This document shows, piece after piece, positions 17,042 to 27,623 of a stretch of 48,610 nucleotides of DNA. Source of the DNA: a virus (taxonomy: Duplodnaviria; Caudoviricetes). The stretch spans positions 1-48,610 of the IMG/VR virus record IMGVR_UViG_3300012953_000048. One strand, given 5' to 3'. Both the position numbers and the translations under genes were made by a program. The notes beneath the pieces were generated by a model that saw only the letters and a list, made by a program, of their open reading frames with translations, was not told the DNA's origin and did no database searches. Within the stretch, counting starts at the first letter, position 1. Each line of letters begins with the position of its first letter.

Positions 17042-17703
17042 TGGCATATTTGGTTCATCCTCTACCCCCAAGAAAAGTATGGGTAAAAAAGGAATATCTC
17101 TATGATCTCGAAAAAGGTCACGGAGAAATTACACCAGGTCTATGGATCTCGGTAAGAAGCATACAAGCGAAAGCATTATACTTTGAAACATTACTTACTG
17201 ACTATGGAGCACTCTTCGATAAGTTGCCACTTAGTGCGTTTGTATGGAAAGAAGATTATGATGTAGATAATCAGTTACCGTTAGATGTATTAGAACTATG
17301 GGATTGTTTTGACTATAATATCACAGTTGTAGAGAAACCCATACTAGGAAGATGTCAGTTCTTTGGTAAAGATAAGAAGATGCATGCAGGTGAGTATGAG
17401 TTTACGATTGATACTGCACATCCTGACTTCTCTGTATTAGATACTAATTTCTCAGAGCATGACCCTGAGCATAAGACATTTAACATTATTGCATTAGATA
17501 ACGGACAGTTTGCAGCACAACCTAATAACAGATGTCAGTTCTTTGATAACAGTTTGGTCGATAATGATAACCTCAAGAAACCCGACTTTAAAGTCTGCAC
17601 ACAAAACTATGCGGTAGAGACTTTACCTAAGTGGTGGTCTGTAGGACACACTGAAGAGTGGGCATACAAAACAGAAGAGGAAGCAGCAGAGGAATCTGTA
17701 TAA
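17041..17703 (+). CDS. conserved phage hypothetical protein
   Basis: 220 aa; V.KEYLYD, WDCF.Y, G.Y.FTID, EHK..N.I.LDNGQFAAQPNNR. Confidence 0.75.
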   Translation: MAYLVHPLPPRKVWVKKEYLYDLEKGHGEITPGLWISVRSIQAKALYFETLLTDYGALFDKLPLSAFVWKEDYDVDNQLPLDVLELWDCFDYNITVVEKPILGRCQFFGKDKKMHAGEYEFTIDTAHPDFSVLDTNFSEHDPEHKTFNIIALDNGQFAAQPNNRCQFFDNSLVDNDNLKKPDFKVCTQNYAVETLPKWWSVGHTEEWAYKTEEEAAEESV

Positions 17704-17706
17704 ATA
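17699..17706 (+). promoter_or_regulatory. late promoter TATAAATA
   Basis: Perfect T4 late consensus 27 nt before the fibre module. Confidence 0.75.
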
Positions 17707-17733
17707 AAGAAGTAGCAAATAGTGTGATTATCT

Positions 17734-19059
17734 GTGGGAACCCGTAAAATATCTCAGTTAGAAACAATCTCAGATGCTAACCTGTCGGGTGAAGCAATTC
17801 TTCCCGTAGTCGTATCTGACCCGTTGATTCCTAACCGAAAGGCAAAAGTAAATCAATTGTTTAAAGGAGTAAGTCAAGGAACTAAAGCAGCTCCAGGATT
17901 ATCCTTTGATTTGGACAGAGACAGTGGTCTTTACCAATCAGCGTACGATCAAATCGGTATCGCTTTTGGTGATGGTGGTTTGTATATGTCTAGAATTGAT
18001 AATGGTAATAGTAGCACTTCACTGTATGTAACTGCTGTTGATGATACTGCTAACAATACTGATATTGTTTTTGCTCCGAAAGGAACGGGAACAGTAAAGG
18101 TAACGGGACAATTCACTATTGATGATGGATCTTTTATTTTAGAAGATTCCCAAGGACCTAAAGCAAGATTTGAAGTAAGTGGAGTTGGAACAGGAACAAA
18201 TACTCGTATTTTTACCCTTCCTGCTATTACATCAGGTAATGGCACAACTCTAATTGGTGATGATACACAACAAACGTTGAGAAATAAAACTATTCTTATT
18301 GATGAGGATAATCTTGTTCTTACAGATGGAACTGAGGAAGCAATATTCCAAATAAATTGGGTTACTACATCAAATGCTAGAAGATCATACTTTCTTCCTG
18401 ACGCGGGTACAGTAACAACAACTGCTGAACCAACTGCAACTGCATCTACACTATTAGATACTAAGACAGAACAAACAGTTTTAAGTAAAACTCTTGTTAA
18501 CGTTAAACTTGCAAAAGACTCTGAAGTTGCAACAAACTATGCACTGTTTAATACTACTGCATTAAGTGCTAACAGAACTCTGACTGTTCCTGACTTATCA
18601 GGTATATTTGCTTTTACTGATGCAACTCAAACATTGCAGAATAAAACAATTGAAACTTTAATCCTTCAAGATCCTACGGATACTACGAAAAAGATTACAT
18701 TTTCAGTTGCTAACTCAAACACTTTTACTAACGTAACAGTTCAACTCCCTCCTACTCCTAACCTAAATAGTACAGGTGTAAATAATACACTTGTCACAGA
18801 GGCTGCTACTGAGGAACTCTCTAACAAAACATTAATAAACCCTGTTCTGAAAGGTGCAGGATCAAATGTTGTAGGTAGTGTTACTCTTTCTATAGATAAT
18901 ATGACACAAAACAGGACTATTAGATTTCCTGATTCTGATGCAACTCTGTTATCTACCGAAAACGTTTCATTTGATGACGTTACATTTGGTGCAGGTATTA
19001 GTGCAGCAAACTTAACTGGTCGAACAAGACAACAACAATTTTTCTACGCAGGATTTTAA
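17734..19059 (+). CDS. virion structural / tail-fibre protein
   Basis: RKISQL start, APGLSF..D.DSG.Y, repeated R..TLP...GT......Q.L.NKT units; GTG start. Confidence 0.75.
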   Translation: MGTRKISQLETISDANLSGEAILPVVVSDPLIPNRKAKVNQLFKGVSQGTKAAPGLSFDLDRDSGLYQSAYDQIGIAFGDGGLYMSRIDNGNSSTSLYVTAVDDTANNTDIVFAPKGTGTVKVTGQFTIDDGSFILEDSQGPKARFEVSGVGTGTNTRIFTLPAITSGNGTTLIGDDTQQTLRNKTILIDEDNLVLTDGTEEAIFQINWVTTSNARRSYFLPDAGTVTTTAEPTATASTLLDTKTEQTVLSKTLVNVKLAKDSEVATNYALFNTTALSANRTLTVPDLSGIFAFTDATQTLQNKTIETLILQDPTDTTKKITFSVANSNTFTNVTVQLPPTPNLNSTGVNNTLVTEAATEELSNKTLINPVLKGAGSNVVGSVTLSIDNMTQNRTIRFPDSDATLLSTENVSFDDVTFGAGISAANLTGRTRQQQFFYAGF

Positions 19060-19065
19060 TTAAAA

Positions 19066-20517
19066 ATGGCTAATCAAGGTTTACTTGCACAAAACAAACC
19101 CGCAGCGAACACGAATACTCTGTTCTATAGTGCTGCTGTTGACAAATCTGCAAGCACGATGATCAACGTCGCTAACGACGGAACAGCATCAGACTACTCT
19201 GTTTCTCTCAAGAATTATGATCAGAAGTTAGTGGTAGATGGTTCAGGTGCATATAAATTACATGAATATGATGTCATCACTGCATATAAGATGACAGTTA
19301 ATACTGCCTTTGACCCTTCAACACAAGGTTTTAGTGGTGGTCTTCAAATTACGAGTGCAGATAATGAATCAAAGTTTAAATTCGAGTCTGTTATAATTCC
19401 TGATTATGTAGAACTATTTGTAAAAACATTTGCTATTAGACAAATTACACTAGAGAGTGTAACAGGTACGTTCTCTAGTGGTAATACAGTTACTAAAGGT
19501 TCTGGAAGTAATACAACAACAGCAACTGTTTTTGCTGTAAACGGTACCGTTCTTCATGTAGGTCCTTCTACGATCAACGGATCTGGATCCGAGTTCGCTG
19601 CAGGTGATAGTGTTTCAAACGGTGCAGGTGCATCTGGAACAATTTCAACTGGTGGTGTGGGAACTGCATCTAATAAATTCGCATTCTCTAGCACATCAGG
19701 TGGAACTTACGATCTTCGTTTGATATCTGCTAACAATGGTCTTGCATTATTTAATGATAGATCATATAGATTCAATCTCGCTGACTCTTCTAACACAGGT
19801 CACGTTTTTGCATTATCAACAACTATCAACGGACAGTTTGGTTCTGACGGAACAGCAGGTAACTCTGATGATGGAACTGAATATACTACTGGTAAAACTA
19901 CCAATGGCACAATTGGTTCTAGTGGTGCATATATTCAGTATGCCTTCTCTAGTGCAACACCTGCAATTGTATATTGGTATAACTCCGTTACTGGAACTGC
20001 AGCCAATAGTAGTTTTGGTGGATCTGATGCATACATTACTACAACTACAACTCCTACATTCACTGAATTCTATATCTATGATGTAGAAGGAACATGGACT
20101 AACTCTACATCTACCTTTGTTCAGAACAGTATCACATATACTGTTACTGCTCAAACTGCTGCAGCGTACGGTTATGTTCGTAGTTACAGTGGCACTACAC
20201 TGTACGTTATTAAAGGAATTAACTCAACAGACTTTGCGGGTTCTGCTACATTCTTAGATAACCCTAAGTTATCGAGTGCAGCAAGATCTACTGTAACTGT
20301 AAGTAGTGTTGCTGTTGCAGTTACTGCTGTTGAAGCAGAAAATTACATTATCAATGGAGCAACTAATGCTAATCATGCAGTCGCAAAGAATACCTCCATC
20401 GTGGTAGGACCTGGTGAAAGATTAATCATCAACAGCACTACACAAAACAATTCCTTCTCCCTTATTGGGTTTGAAGATAGTTCAACTGCGTTCACTCCTA
20501 GAACATTCGGGACTTAA
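19066..20517 (+). CDS. virion structural protein
   Basis: Thr/Ser/Gly-rich beta protein; Y.F...DSSNTGH...LS module. Confidence 0.7.
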   Translation: MANQGLLAQNKPAANTNTLFYSAAVDKSASTMINVANDGTASDYSVSLKNYDQKLVVDGSGAYKLHEYDVITAYKMTVNTAFDPSTQGFSGGLQITSADNESKFKFESVIIPDYVELFVKTFAIRQITLESVTGTFSSGNTVTKGSGSNTTTATVFAVNGTVLHVGPSTINGSGSEFAAGDSVSNGAGASGTISTGGVGTASNKFAFSSTSGGTYDLRLISANNGLALFNDRSYRFNLADSSNTGHVFALSTTINGQFGSDGTAGNSDDGTEYTTGKTTNGTIGSSGAYIQYAFSSATPAIVYWYNSVTGTAANSSFGGSDAYITTTTTPTFTEFYIYDVEGTWTNSTSTFVQNSITYTVTAQTAAAYGYVRSYSGTTLYVIKGINSTDFAGSATFLDNPKLSSAARSTVTVSSVAVAVTAVEAENYIINGATNANHAVAKNTSIVVGPGERLIINSTTQNNSFSLIGFEDSSTAFTPRTFGT

Positions 20518-20523
20518 TTCCCA

Positions 20524-20530
20524 ATAAATA
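20524..20530 (+). promoter_or_regulatory. late promoter ATAAATA
   Basis: 19 nt before ATG 20550. Confidence 0.65.
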
Positions 20531-20549
20531 CAAACAAAGCGGATAGGTA

Positions 20550-23500
20550 ATGTCACTAACTAGACTAAAGAATATTATTACGTCCAGAACTGGACGTATC
20601 ATATATGTCAACCCAGACGATTTCGATGCATCTGATGCCATTGATAATAGGGGTAACTCTGCTTTGCGTCCGTTCAAGAGTTTACAGAGAGCATTTTTAG
20701 AAGTAGCAAGATTTTCATATAGAGTCGGTTTAAGTAATGACGAGTTTGATGCTTTCAGTATCATGCTCTATCCTGCTGAATATGTGGTAGACAATAGACC
20801 TGGTGATGTTTTATATACAAACGTTGCACCTATTGATGCTAACTCAAACCTAGATTTAACTTCTCCTAACAATGTTCTCTACAAATATAACTCTGTTGAG
20901 GGTGGTATTATTGTTCCAAGAGGTTGTTCACTTGTTGGAACTGACCTTAGAAGAACTAAGATTATACCTAAGTATGTTCCTTATCCTACTACTTACGCAG
21001 CAAAAGGTATTAACACAGAAGATCAAGTTCCTCCTAGAACAGCAATCTTCAAAGTAACTGGTGGTACATATTTCTGGCAATTCTCTTTCTTTGATGGTGC
21101 TGAAGAAGGTGTATATTTCAAACCTGATTCAACTGAAACCTTAGCACCTAAGTTTTCACATCATAGATTGACTTGTTTTCAGTTTGCTGATGGTCTTAAC
21201 CCATTATCAACTCTTATTACTAACGGAACTGTTCCTTCTGGTGATTATTCTGCAGTATCAAACATATTATCAAGAACAGACTTAGAAATATATTATCAGA
21301 AAGTGTCGAAAGCTTTCGCAACTATCCCCGATACATCTGGAGATCCTGCAACTGACCAGATTCAGGCAAGGGTAGAAGAAAACCGTATTGTAGGTCCTAT
21401 CTCAGATGAATACAGAGTCCTTCAGATCACAAGAAATGGACAGACAGCTACGGCTGTCACTGTTGACGAGTTTGATAACCCCAGAGACCACGGATTTTCT
21501 GTTGGTGTTAACATCAACGTTAGTGGTGTTACAGGATCAACTGGATCGCAATCCGATCTTGATGCAGGAGTTTATAACGGGTCTTTCACCGTCACTTCGG
21601 CATCGGGTAACGTCTTCACTTACCAAATGCAATCAGTCCCCTCAGGAAACGCTGTAGGTTCAAACATTACAGTTAAAACTGAAATTGATACTGTTGACTC
21701 AGCATCACCATATGCATTTAACCTATCACTAAGAAGTGTGTGGGGTATGAATGGTATGTTTGCGGATGGTAGTAAAGCAACTGGTTTCAAATCAATGGTT
21801 GTGGCACAGTTTACTGGACTATCACTACAAAAAGATGACAGAGCATTCGTACGTTATAACGCATCAACTGGTAACTATGATGTAGCAACATCTGGTGATG
21901 GTGCACACTTAGATGGATTTGCTGAGTATAGAAAAGGATGGGGGCATGAGCATATCAAATGTAGTAATGATTCCTTCGTCCAAGCGGTTTCTGTTTTCGC
22001 TGTTGGATACCAAGGTCACTTCACTGCACTAAGCGGTGGTGACATGTCAATCACCAACTCCAACTCTAACTTTGGTAACACTGCTCTTAGATCAGCAGGA
22101 TTCAAAGCAAAATCATTCTCGAAAGATAAAGCAGGAGCTATAACTCATATTATTCCTCCAAAAGCACTCAATACAATTTCAACGACTGCAACAGGAACTA
22201 GTGGTGCATTAACAATTACTCTTGCTAATGATGGATCAGTAAATGGTCTTATTCAAGGTATGACAGTATCTGGAACTAATGTTGCTAGTGGTGCAATTAT
22301 TTCATCCATCAACACAAATACTAGAGTAATTACACTCTCTGCTGCAAATACGGGAACTGTTAACGGGAACGTGATCTTCGGTGAAGAAACTTCTGTTAAC
22401 TGGGTAAACATTGATATTCAAAGAACTAAAGTAATTAACACTGCTCTATCTGGACAAGGTGGAACACCAGGAACAAGACTATACTTATATGGTTATACTG
22501 TTGAAGCGTCTCCTCCAACAACTAGAGTTCAGGGTTTCGCAGTTGGAGCAAGACAAGATGGAACTGGTGGTAGTGCTGTAGCAGATAAAATTAATTGTCT
22601 TTTAGTAGCACAAGGAGCATCATCCGCAACTGTTCAGTCAGCAAGCATATCTCCATATGGACCTAGTGTTTCTGGTTTAGCTGCAGGAGCAACTGGATCA
22701 CCTTTACAATATGATAGTGGAACTTATACAATTAATGGTGTTGCAGGTGCTGTTGGTGGTTGGTATTTAAGTGTTTCTGCAACTAGCAATACTATCTACA
22801 ATGCACTAGCAAATAATACACAATATAATACAGTTAGTTTCACTCCTACTACATTCTTAAAGAGGATCCCCGATCCAAGAGATTTACAAGATAGAACCTA
22901 TCGTGTACGTTATGTAATTGATAAGGATAAGACTAATCCTCTACCTAGAGATCCTATTTCTGGTTTCGTAATGCAACCATTGAATAGTGATACTACAACT
23001 TATAATCTACAACGTGCATTTTATATTTACGATATTGAGACAGTTCAAAAGTTTGAAAGAGGTGTTAGTGATGGTATACACTATCTAACTCTATTATGTG
23101 CATCTATCGCACCAACAACTTCTAACTTTGATGATAGAAAGTTCTCACAGAACGTTAACGAAGTTTATCCTACATTTGATAGAGACAACCCAGTTGCTGA
23201 TCCTACTGCTGCAGTCTCTGAAGCTTCAAATGTTACTATAGGTCTTGTTAACTCAACTGATGGTGCTACACCAACTGCTGCACTTGATCCTAAGAGATCG
23301 ATTACTAAAGAAGCAATAGTATTCTTACTGACTGATACTGGATGGACACAACCAGGAACAACTCCTAACTATGATTCTGTTAACGCACGTCTATCTAACA
23401 TTGAACTGACTGCACGGGCAGGAGATGAAGAAACCCGTAAGATTAATATAAGAGAGGATAATTCAGGATTAGTTGCACCTATCAATGTAGAATTTAGACG

Positions 23501-24512
23501 ACACTCTATCCTAAGATCAGGAAACCATACGTTTGAATACCTTGGTTTTGGTCCAGGTAACTACTCAACTGCCTTCCCTCAAACTCAGGTAGAAACTCTA
23601 GATGCTAACCAAATTAAATTCTCACAGTCAATTAAAGAAGAGGGAGGAGTTTCATTCTACTCAGGATTAAACTCAAATGGTGACCTATTCATTGGTAACC
23701 AAATTATTAACCCAGTTACAGGTCAGGTTACTAACGAAGATATTGCTCAATTAAATGTTATTGGTGAAGAGAATACAACTATTGAAACTTTCTCTGAATT
23801 AGTATTGACTGATAAACTGACTGTTATTGGTGGTGCATCTAACGCACTTGAATCTATATTTGCAGGTCCTGTCACATTCCAAGGGCAATCTACATTTACA
23901 AATAATATAACCGCTAAGAAATTTACCTACAATAACCAAGATGGTACGGTAATTAAGCAAACATTACTAGCACCCGAAGATGCCTCAGGAAATCCAAGTT
24001 TCGCTAATATCACAGGATACGATACGCCTGGTGACGGTGATATTGTTTATAACATCAACTGGTCACCTGGCAAATCTCTTGGTTGGATTTATTACGGAGC
24101 TTCATGGTATGAGTTTGGTATCACGGATACTGGTCAAATCAATGTTATTAATGACTCTGGTGTCACGAGGATTGGTCTTGGTGTTGCTCCTACATCTCCT
24201 TACAGGGCAAACATAAATGGTTCTGTAAGAATAGACGGAGACTTAACTGTTACTGGAACTGGTGGTGTAACAGCTGCCAAATATAAAAAGAAAAGTTATG
24301 TAGGAAACGGTTCAGGACTTACATTTGCTATTAGCACTTATACTGGTGGTATTCAACATACTGAAAATTCAGTAATAGTATTCTTAAATGGTGTTGCACA
24401 AGTTCCAGGCACTAACTATACTGTTGATTCCAATGGTGCAAACGTGGTATTCTCCTCAGGAGACGCACCTTTATCTACAGATACAGTGCATATTCTTGAA
24501 TTACCTATCTAA
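20550..24512 (+). CDS. large tail fibre / tailspike-like protein
   Basis: 1320 aa; MSLTRLKN..GRI.YV.P.D..A.D..N.G.S..RPFK..QRA.LE.AR N-terminus; SNSNFG..AL; H.FEY.G.GPGNYSTA.P. Confidence 0.8.
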   Translation: MSLTRLKNIITSRTGRIIYVNPDDFDASDAIDNRGNSALRPFKSLQRAFLEVARFSYRVGLSNDEFDAFSIMLYPAEYVVDNRPGDVLYTNVAPIDANSNLDLTSPNNVLYKYNSVEGGIIVPRGCSLVGTDLRRTKIIPKYVPYPTTYAAKGINTEDQVPPRTAIFKVTGGTYFWQFSFFDGAEEGVYFKPDSTETLAPKFSHHRLTCFQFADGLNPLSTLITNGTVPSGDYSAVSNILSRTDLEIYYQKVSKAFATIPDTSGDPATDQIQARVEENRIVGPISDEYRVLQITRNGQTATAVTVDEFDNPRDHGFSVGVNINVSGVTGSTGSQSDLDAGVYNGSFTVTSASGNVFTYQMQSVPSGNAVGSNITVKTEIDTVDSASPYAFNLSLRSVWGMNGMFADGSKATGFKSMVVAQFTGLSLQKDDRAFVRYNASTGNYDVATSGDGAHLDGFAEYRKGWGHEHIKCSNDSFVQAVSVFAVGYQGHFTALSGGDMSITNSNSNFGNTALRSAGFKAKSFSKDKAGAITHIIPPKALNTISTTATGTSGALTITLANDGSVNGLIQGMTVSGTNVASGAIISSINTNTRVITLSAANTGTVNGNVIFGEETSVNWVNIDIQRTKVINTALSGQGGTPGTRLYLYGYTVEASPPTTRVQGFAVGARQDGTGGSAVADKINCLLVAQGASSATVQSASISPYGPSVSGLAAGATGSPLQYDSGTYTINGVAGAVGGWYLSVSATSNTIYNALANNTQYNTVSFTPTTFLKRIPDPRDLQDRTYRVRYVIDKDKTNPLPRDPISGFVMQPLNSDTTTYNLQRAFYIYDIETVQKFERGVSDGIHYLTLLCASIAPTTSNFDDRKFSQNVNEVYPTFDRDNPVADPTAAVSEASNVTIGLVNSTDGATPTAALDPKRSITKEAIVFLLTDTGWTQPGTTPNYDSVNARLSNIELTARAGDEETRKINIREDNSGLVAPINVEFRRHSILRSGNHTFEYLGFGPGNYSTAFPQTQVETLDANQIKFSQSIKEEGGVSFYSGLNSNGDLFIGNQIINPVTGQVTNEDIAQLNVIGEENTTIETFSELVLTDKLTVIGGASNALESIFAGPVTFQGQSTFTNNITAKKFTYNNQDGTVIKQTLLAPEDASGNPSFANITGYDTPGDGDIVYNINWSPGKSLGWIYYGASWYEFGITDTGQINVINDSGVTRIGLGVAPTSPYRANINGSVRIDGDLTVTGTGGVTAAKYKKKSYVGNGSGLTFAISTYTGGIQHTENSVIVFLNGVAQVPGTNYTVDSNGANVVFSSGDAPLSTDTVHILELPI

Positions 24513-24515
24513 ATA
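24510..24515 (+). promoter_or_regulatory. late promoter (TAAATA)
   Basis: Overlaps the upstream stop, 23 nt before ATG 24539. Confidence 0.5.
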
Positions 24516-24538
24516 GTAAGGAATGATTGTAACATAAC

Positions 24539-24955
24539 ATGGCAATTACAAAGATTAGTGGGAATCAAATTTCCCAAAGCACAAGTGCAATTATTACTAC
24601 ATTAAGTTTTTTAAGCACTAACTCGATATTCAGATTACCTGCAGGTACGACTGGAAATAGACCTACAGGTGTATCTGTTGGAACAATGCGTTTCAATACT
24701 TCATTAGATTCTGCAGAGATTTACAAAGCAGATGATGGAACGGGGTCTGCGGGATGGTCACCCGTTGCAGGTGGTGGTCCTTCTCTTGGAAGTGATAGTA
24801 TTATTAGAACTAATCCTACAACTATATCAGAAAATATTACAGTCGGACCTTCAGCAGGTGCAGAGTTTGCCAACGGAATGAGTGCAGGTCCTATAACAGT
24901 GGCGAGTGGATATACAGTTACAGTGGAATCAGGTGGGGCATGGAGCGTAACATAA
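24539..24955 (+). CDS. small tail-fibre-associated structural protein
   Basis: LP.GTT..RP....G..RFNT repeat; NGMSAGPITV..G.TVTV..G..W C-terminus. Confidence 0.7.
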   Translation: MAITKISGNQISQSTSAIITTLSFLSTNSIFRLPAGTTGNRPTGVSVGTMRFNTSLDSAEIYKADDGTGSAGWSPVAGGGPSLGSDSIIRTNPTTISENITVGPSAGAEFANGMSAGPITVASGYTVTVESGGAWSVT

Positions 24956-25852
24956 ATGTCAAAACTCAACGTCCAACAGATAGAGGGTTTATTATCAAAC
25001 AGTTATAATATAACTGTAGATAAAGCTGCTGCCTTAAATTTTACAGCAGGAAGTCAATTAAGTTTTACTACATTAGGAACCAGTCATATGGTGGTTCCTT
25101 ATGGAACTACTACAGAATGGGATCTGCAACAACGAGAATTTCAAAAAACATTTCTTGAAGGGCAACTAAGATGGAATACTACAGATAACCAACTTCAAGT
25201 TTATGCAGGTGGTTGGTGTAATATGGTAACAGGACTTGCTCAAGGTGAGATAGGAAGTCAAGATAACCCTGCAGTAGATGGAAACGCAATATATAATGCA
25301 AGTAAACCAAGTGGTATATATTGGATTCAACCAGAAGGACAGACTGCATATCAGATGTATGTTAATAATGATGATAATGGTGGTGGATGGGTATTGTGTG
25401 TTCATGCAAGGACATCAACTTGTCAAGATCATATGACTAATAGTTCCGTTCGTATTAGTGGAACTACAGGTCCTAGAACATCAGATACATCTACAACGAA
25501 GATGGCGGACAGTTGGATTCAAGCATTACGCAATGGTTCTAGTTACACTGGTAATACTGCATACTGGATGCATGCATTAGACTTTGGTCCTAAAAATGTT
25601 TTCATTCAAAGTGAAGCAACTGTTGATCTATTAAGTAGTGCATCTAACGATAATCCTAGAACTAGAATATCAACTTCATATCAAGGGGGTCTTTCTGACA
25701 GAGGTCCTAATACAGGAACTAGAGGTTTCGGAGATCACCATACCTCTGGTGGAACATACTTTGCATACGGTAGACACCCTGAATCTGGAAACAATTGTGG
25801 ATTCAGATCTGACTCTAACGGTGCATCAAACGGATACTTATGGGTGAAATAA
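24956..25852 (+). CDS. fibre-tip protein with fibrinogen-like C-domain, paralogue 1
   Basis: SG.YWI.P.....MYV......GGGW.L motif. Confidence 0.75.
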   Translation: MSKLNVQQIEGLLSNSYNITVDKAAALNFTAGSQLSFTTLGTSHMVVPYGTTTEWDLQQREFQKTFLEGQLRWNTTDNQLQVYAGGWCNMVTGLAQGEIGSQDNPAVDGNAIYNASKPSGIYWIQPEGQTAYQMYVNNDDNGGGWVLCVHARTSTCQDHMTNSSVRISGTTGPRTSDTSTTKMADSWIQALRNGSSYTGNTAYWMHALDFGPKNVFIQSEATVDLLSSASNDNPRTRISTSYQGGLSDRGPNTGTRGFGDHHTSGGTYFAYGRHPESGNNCGFRSDSNGASNGYLWVK

Positions 25853-25853
25853 A

Positions 25854-26738
25854 ATGAGCAGAGTAACTATCGGAAAACTAGGCGGAATCGCTACATCACT
25901 TGGGCAAGTAACTCTTCCCTCAGGGCATACTTTAACAGTTAATGGAGATATATTTCATCATAATAGTATCAATGCAATGAAAGTTCCTACGGGTACGACT
26001 GCACAAAGACCAGGTAGTGCATCTGCAGGTTATGTAAGATTTAATACTACAGAGAATTTTTTAGAGGTTTATACAGGAAGTGAATGGAAATCTGTTATAG
26101 GTCCTGATGCTGCATCTACATCTACACTAGGAACTCAGAGTAACCCTGCTATCAGTGGTATGGCAATCAAGGCAGAGGGATTACCTTCTGGTCTCTATTG
26201 GATCAAACCTAATTCAAGCAACAACAGTTATAAAATGTATGTTGATTGTGATCGTAATGGAGGTGGATGGGTATTGACTGTTCATGCTAGAACATCTACA
26301 TGTCAAGATCATATGAATCAAGGTGCTGTTCGTATTAGCAATAGTTTAGGTCCCAGATTTGGTAATACCAGCACATGTAAAGTTGAAGATTCATGGATGA
26401 ATGCTATGGTAAGTGTATCTACATACTCTGGTTCTACTAGATATTGGATGGAAGCACATGGTTTTGCTAATCCTGTTAAAAATATGTTTATTGATTCTAA
26501 TGCTACTGTAGACTTACTCAGTTCTGCTAGTAATCAAAACGCAAGAACACGAGTCTCTACTTCCTATGAAGGTAGTCTCTCTGATAGAGGTCCTAACACA
26601 GGAACTAGAGGTTTTGGTGACCACCATACATCAGGTGGAACATATTATGCTTATGGTAGACACCCTGAATCAGGAAATAACTGCGGATTCAGATCTGATA
26701 ATCTGGGTGCATCAAATGGTTACCTATGGATAAAATAA
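25854..26738 (+). CDS. fibre-tip protein with fibrinogen-like C-domain, paralogue 2
   Basis: P.GTTAQRP..G.VRFNT linker; SGLYWIKP..MYVDCDRNGGGWVL. Confidence 0.75.
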   Translation: MSRVTIGKLGGIATSLGQVTLPSGHTLTVNGDIFHHNSINAMKVPTGTTAQRPGSASAGYVRFNTTENFLEVYTGSEWKSVIGPDAASTSTLGTQSNPAISGMAIKAEGLPSGLYWIKPNSSNNSYKMYVDCDRNGGGWVLTVHARTSTCQDHMNQGAVRISNSLGPRFGNTSTCKVEDSWMNAMVSVSTYSGSTRYWMEAHGFANPVKNMFIDSNATVDLLSSASNQNARTRVSTSYEGSLSDRGPNTGTRGFGDHHTSGGTYYAYGRHPESGNNCGFRSDNLGASNGYLWIK

Positions 26739-26739
26739 C

Positions 26740-27594
26740 ATGAGTATACTAAGAGTTGGAGAAATACACGGATCTGCGGATACTAACCGATTGATCACGA
26801 TGGAGAGTAGTAACAATATTAATATTGTTGGAACTCTATCGCATAATCGTTTAGGTAGATTTACCCTACCAAAAGGAACTACTGCACAAAGACCTGGCTC
26901 ACCTCAAGCAGGTCATGTAAGATATAATACAACTTTATCCTATGTTGAAGTTTATGATGGTAGTGCATGGTATAGGGCAAGTTCTGCTCCTGCAGGAGCT
27001 GTAGGTACACAAGGAACTCCCGCAACGAATACAGCACAACTCGCAGGATTGGTATCTGGTAATTATTGGATTCAACCAGCTGGTCAAACAGCATATGAGA
27101 TGTACGTTGATAATTCTAGAAATAGTGGTGGATGGGTTATGGTGGCACATGTTAGAACATCTACATGTCAAGATCATATGACTAATGGTTCTGTTCGTAT
27201 TAGTGGAACTACAGGTCCTAGACTTACTAATACATCCACAACTAAAATGGCAGACTCATGGATCAATGCTCTTGTAAATAGTTCAACTTACTCTGGTTCT
27301 ACTAGATATTGGATGGAAGCAACTGGATTTAATAAAAATGTGTTTATTGATTCTTCTGCTACTGTAGATTTAGTTAGTTCTGCTAGTAATCAAAATGCAA
27401 GAACTAGAATTTCAACTACATATCAAGGAACTCTATCTGATAGAAACCCTAACACAGGAACTAGGGGTTTTGGTGACCACCATACCTCAGGTGGAACATA
27501 CTTCGCTTGGGGTAGACACCCCGAATCAGGCAACAACTGCGGATTTCGTGAAGATACTAATGGTGCATCCAATGGTTACCTTTGGGTAAAATGA
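26740..27594 (+). CDS. fibre-tip protein with fibrinogen-like C-domain, paralogue 3
   Basis: Same linker; SGNYWIQP..MYVD....GGWVM; C-terminus near-identical to paralogues 1 and 2. Confidence 0.75.
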   Translation: MSILRVGEIHGSADTNRLITMESSNNINIVGTLSHNRLGRFTLPKGTTAQRPGSPQAGHVRYNTTLSYVEVYDGSAWYRASSAPAGAVGTQGTPATNTAQLAGLVSGNYWIQPAGQTAYEMYVDNSRNSGGWVMVAHVRTSTCQDHMTNGSVRISGTTGPRLTNTSTTKMADSWINALVNSSTYSGSTRYWMEATGFNKNVFIDSSATVDLVSSASNQNARTRISTTYQGTLSDRNPNTGTRGFGDHHTSGGTYFAWGRHPESGNNCGFREDTNGASNGYLWVK

Positions 27595-27600
27595 TAAATA
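27594..27600 (+). promoter_or_regulatory. late promoter ATAAATA
   Basis: 23 nt before ATG 27624. Confidence 0.6.
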
Positions 27601-27623
27601 AAACATACAGGATTTTTTAAGAC

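Noticed and set aside
24956-27594. Diversity-generating retroelement (TR/VR repeats)
   Set aside because: No reverse transcriptase in the window. All copies are coding, and differences look largely synonymous rather than adenine-specific.
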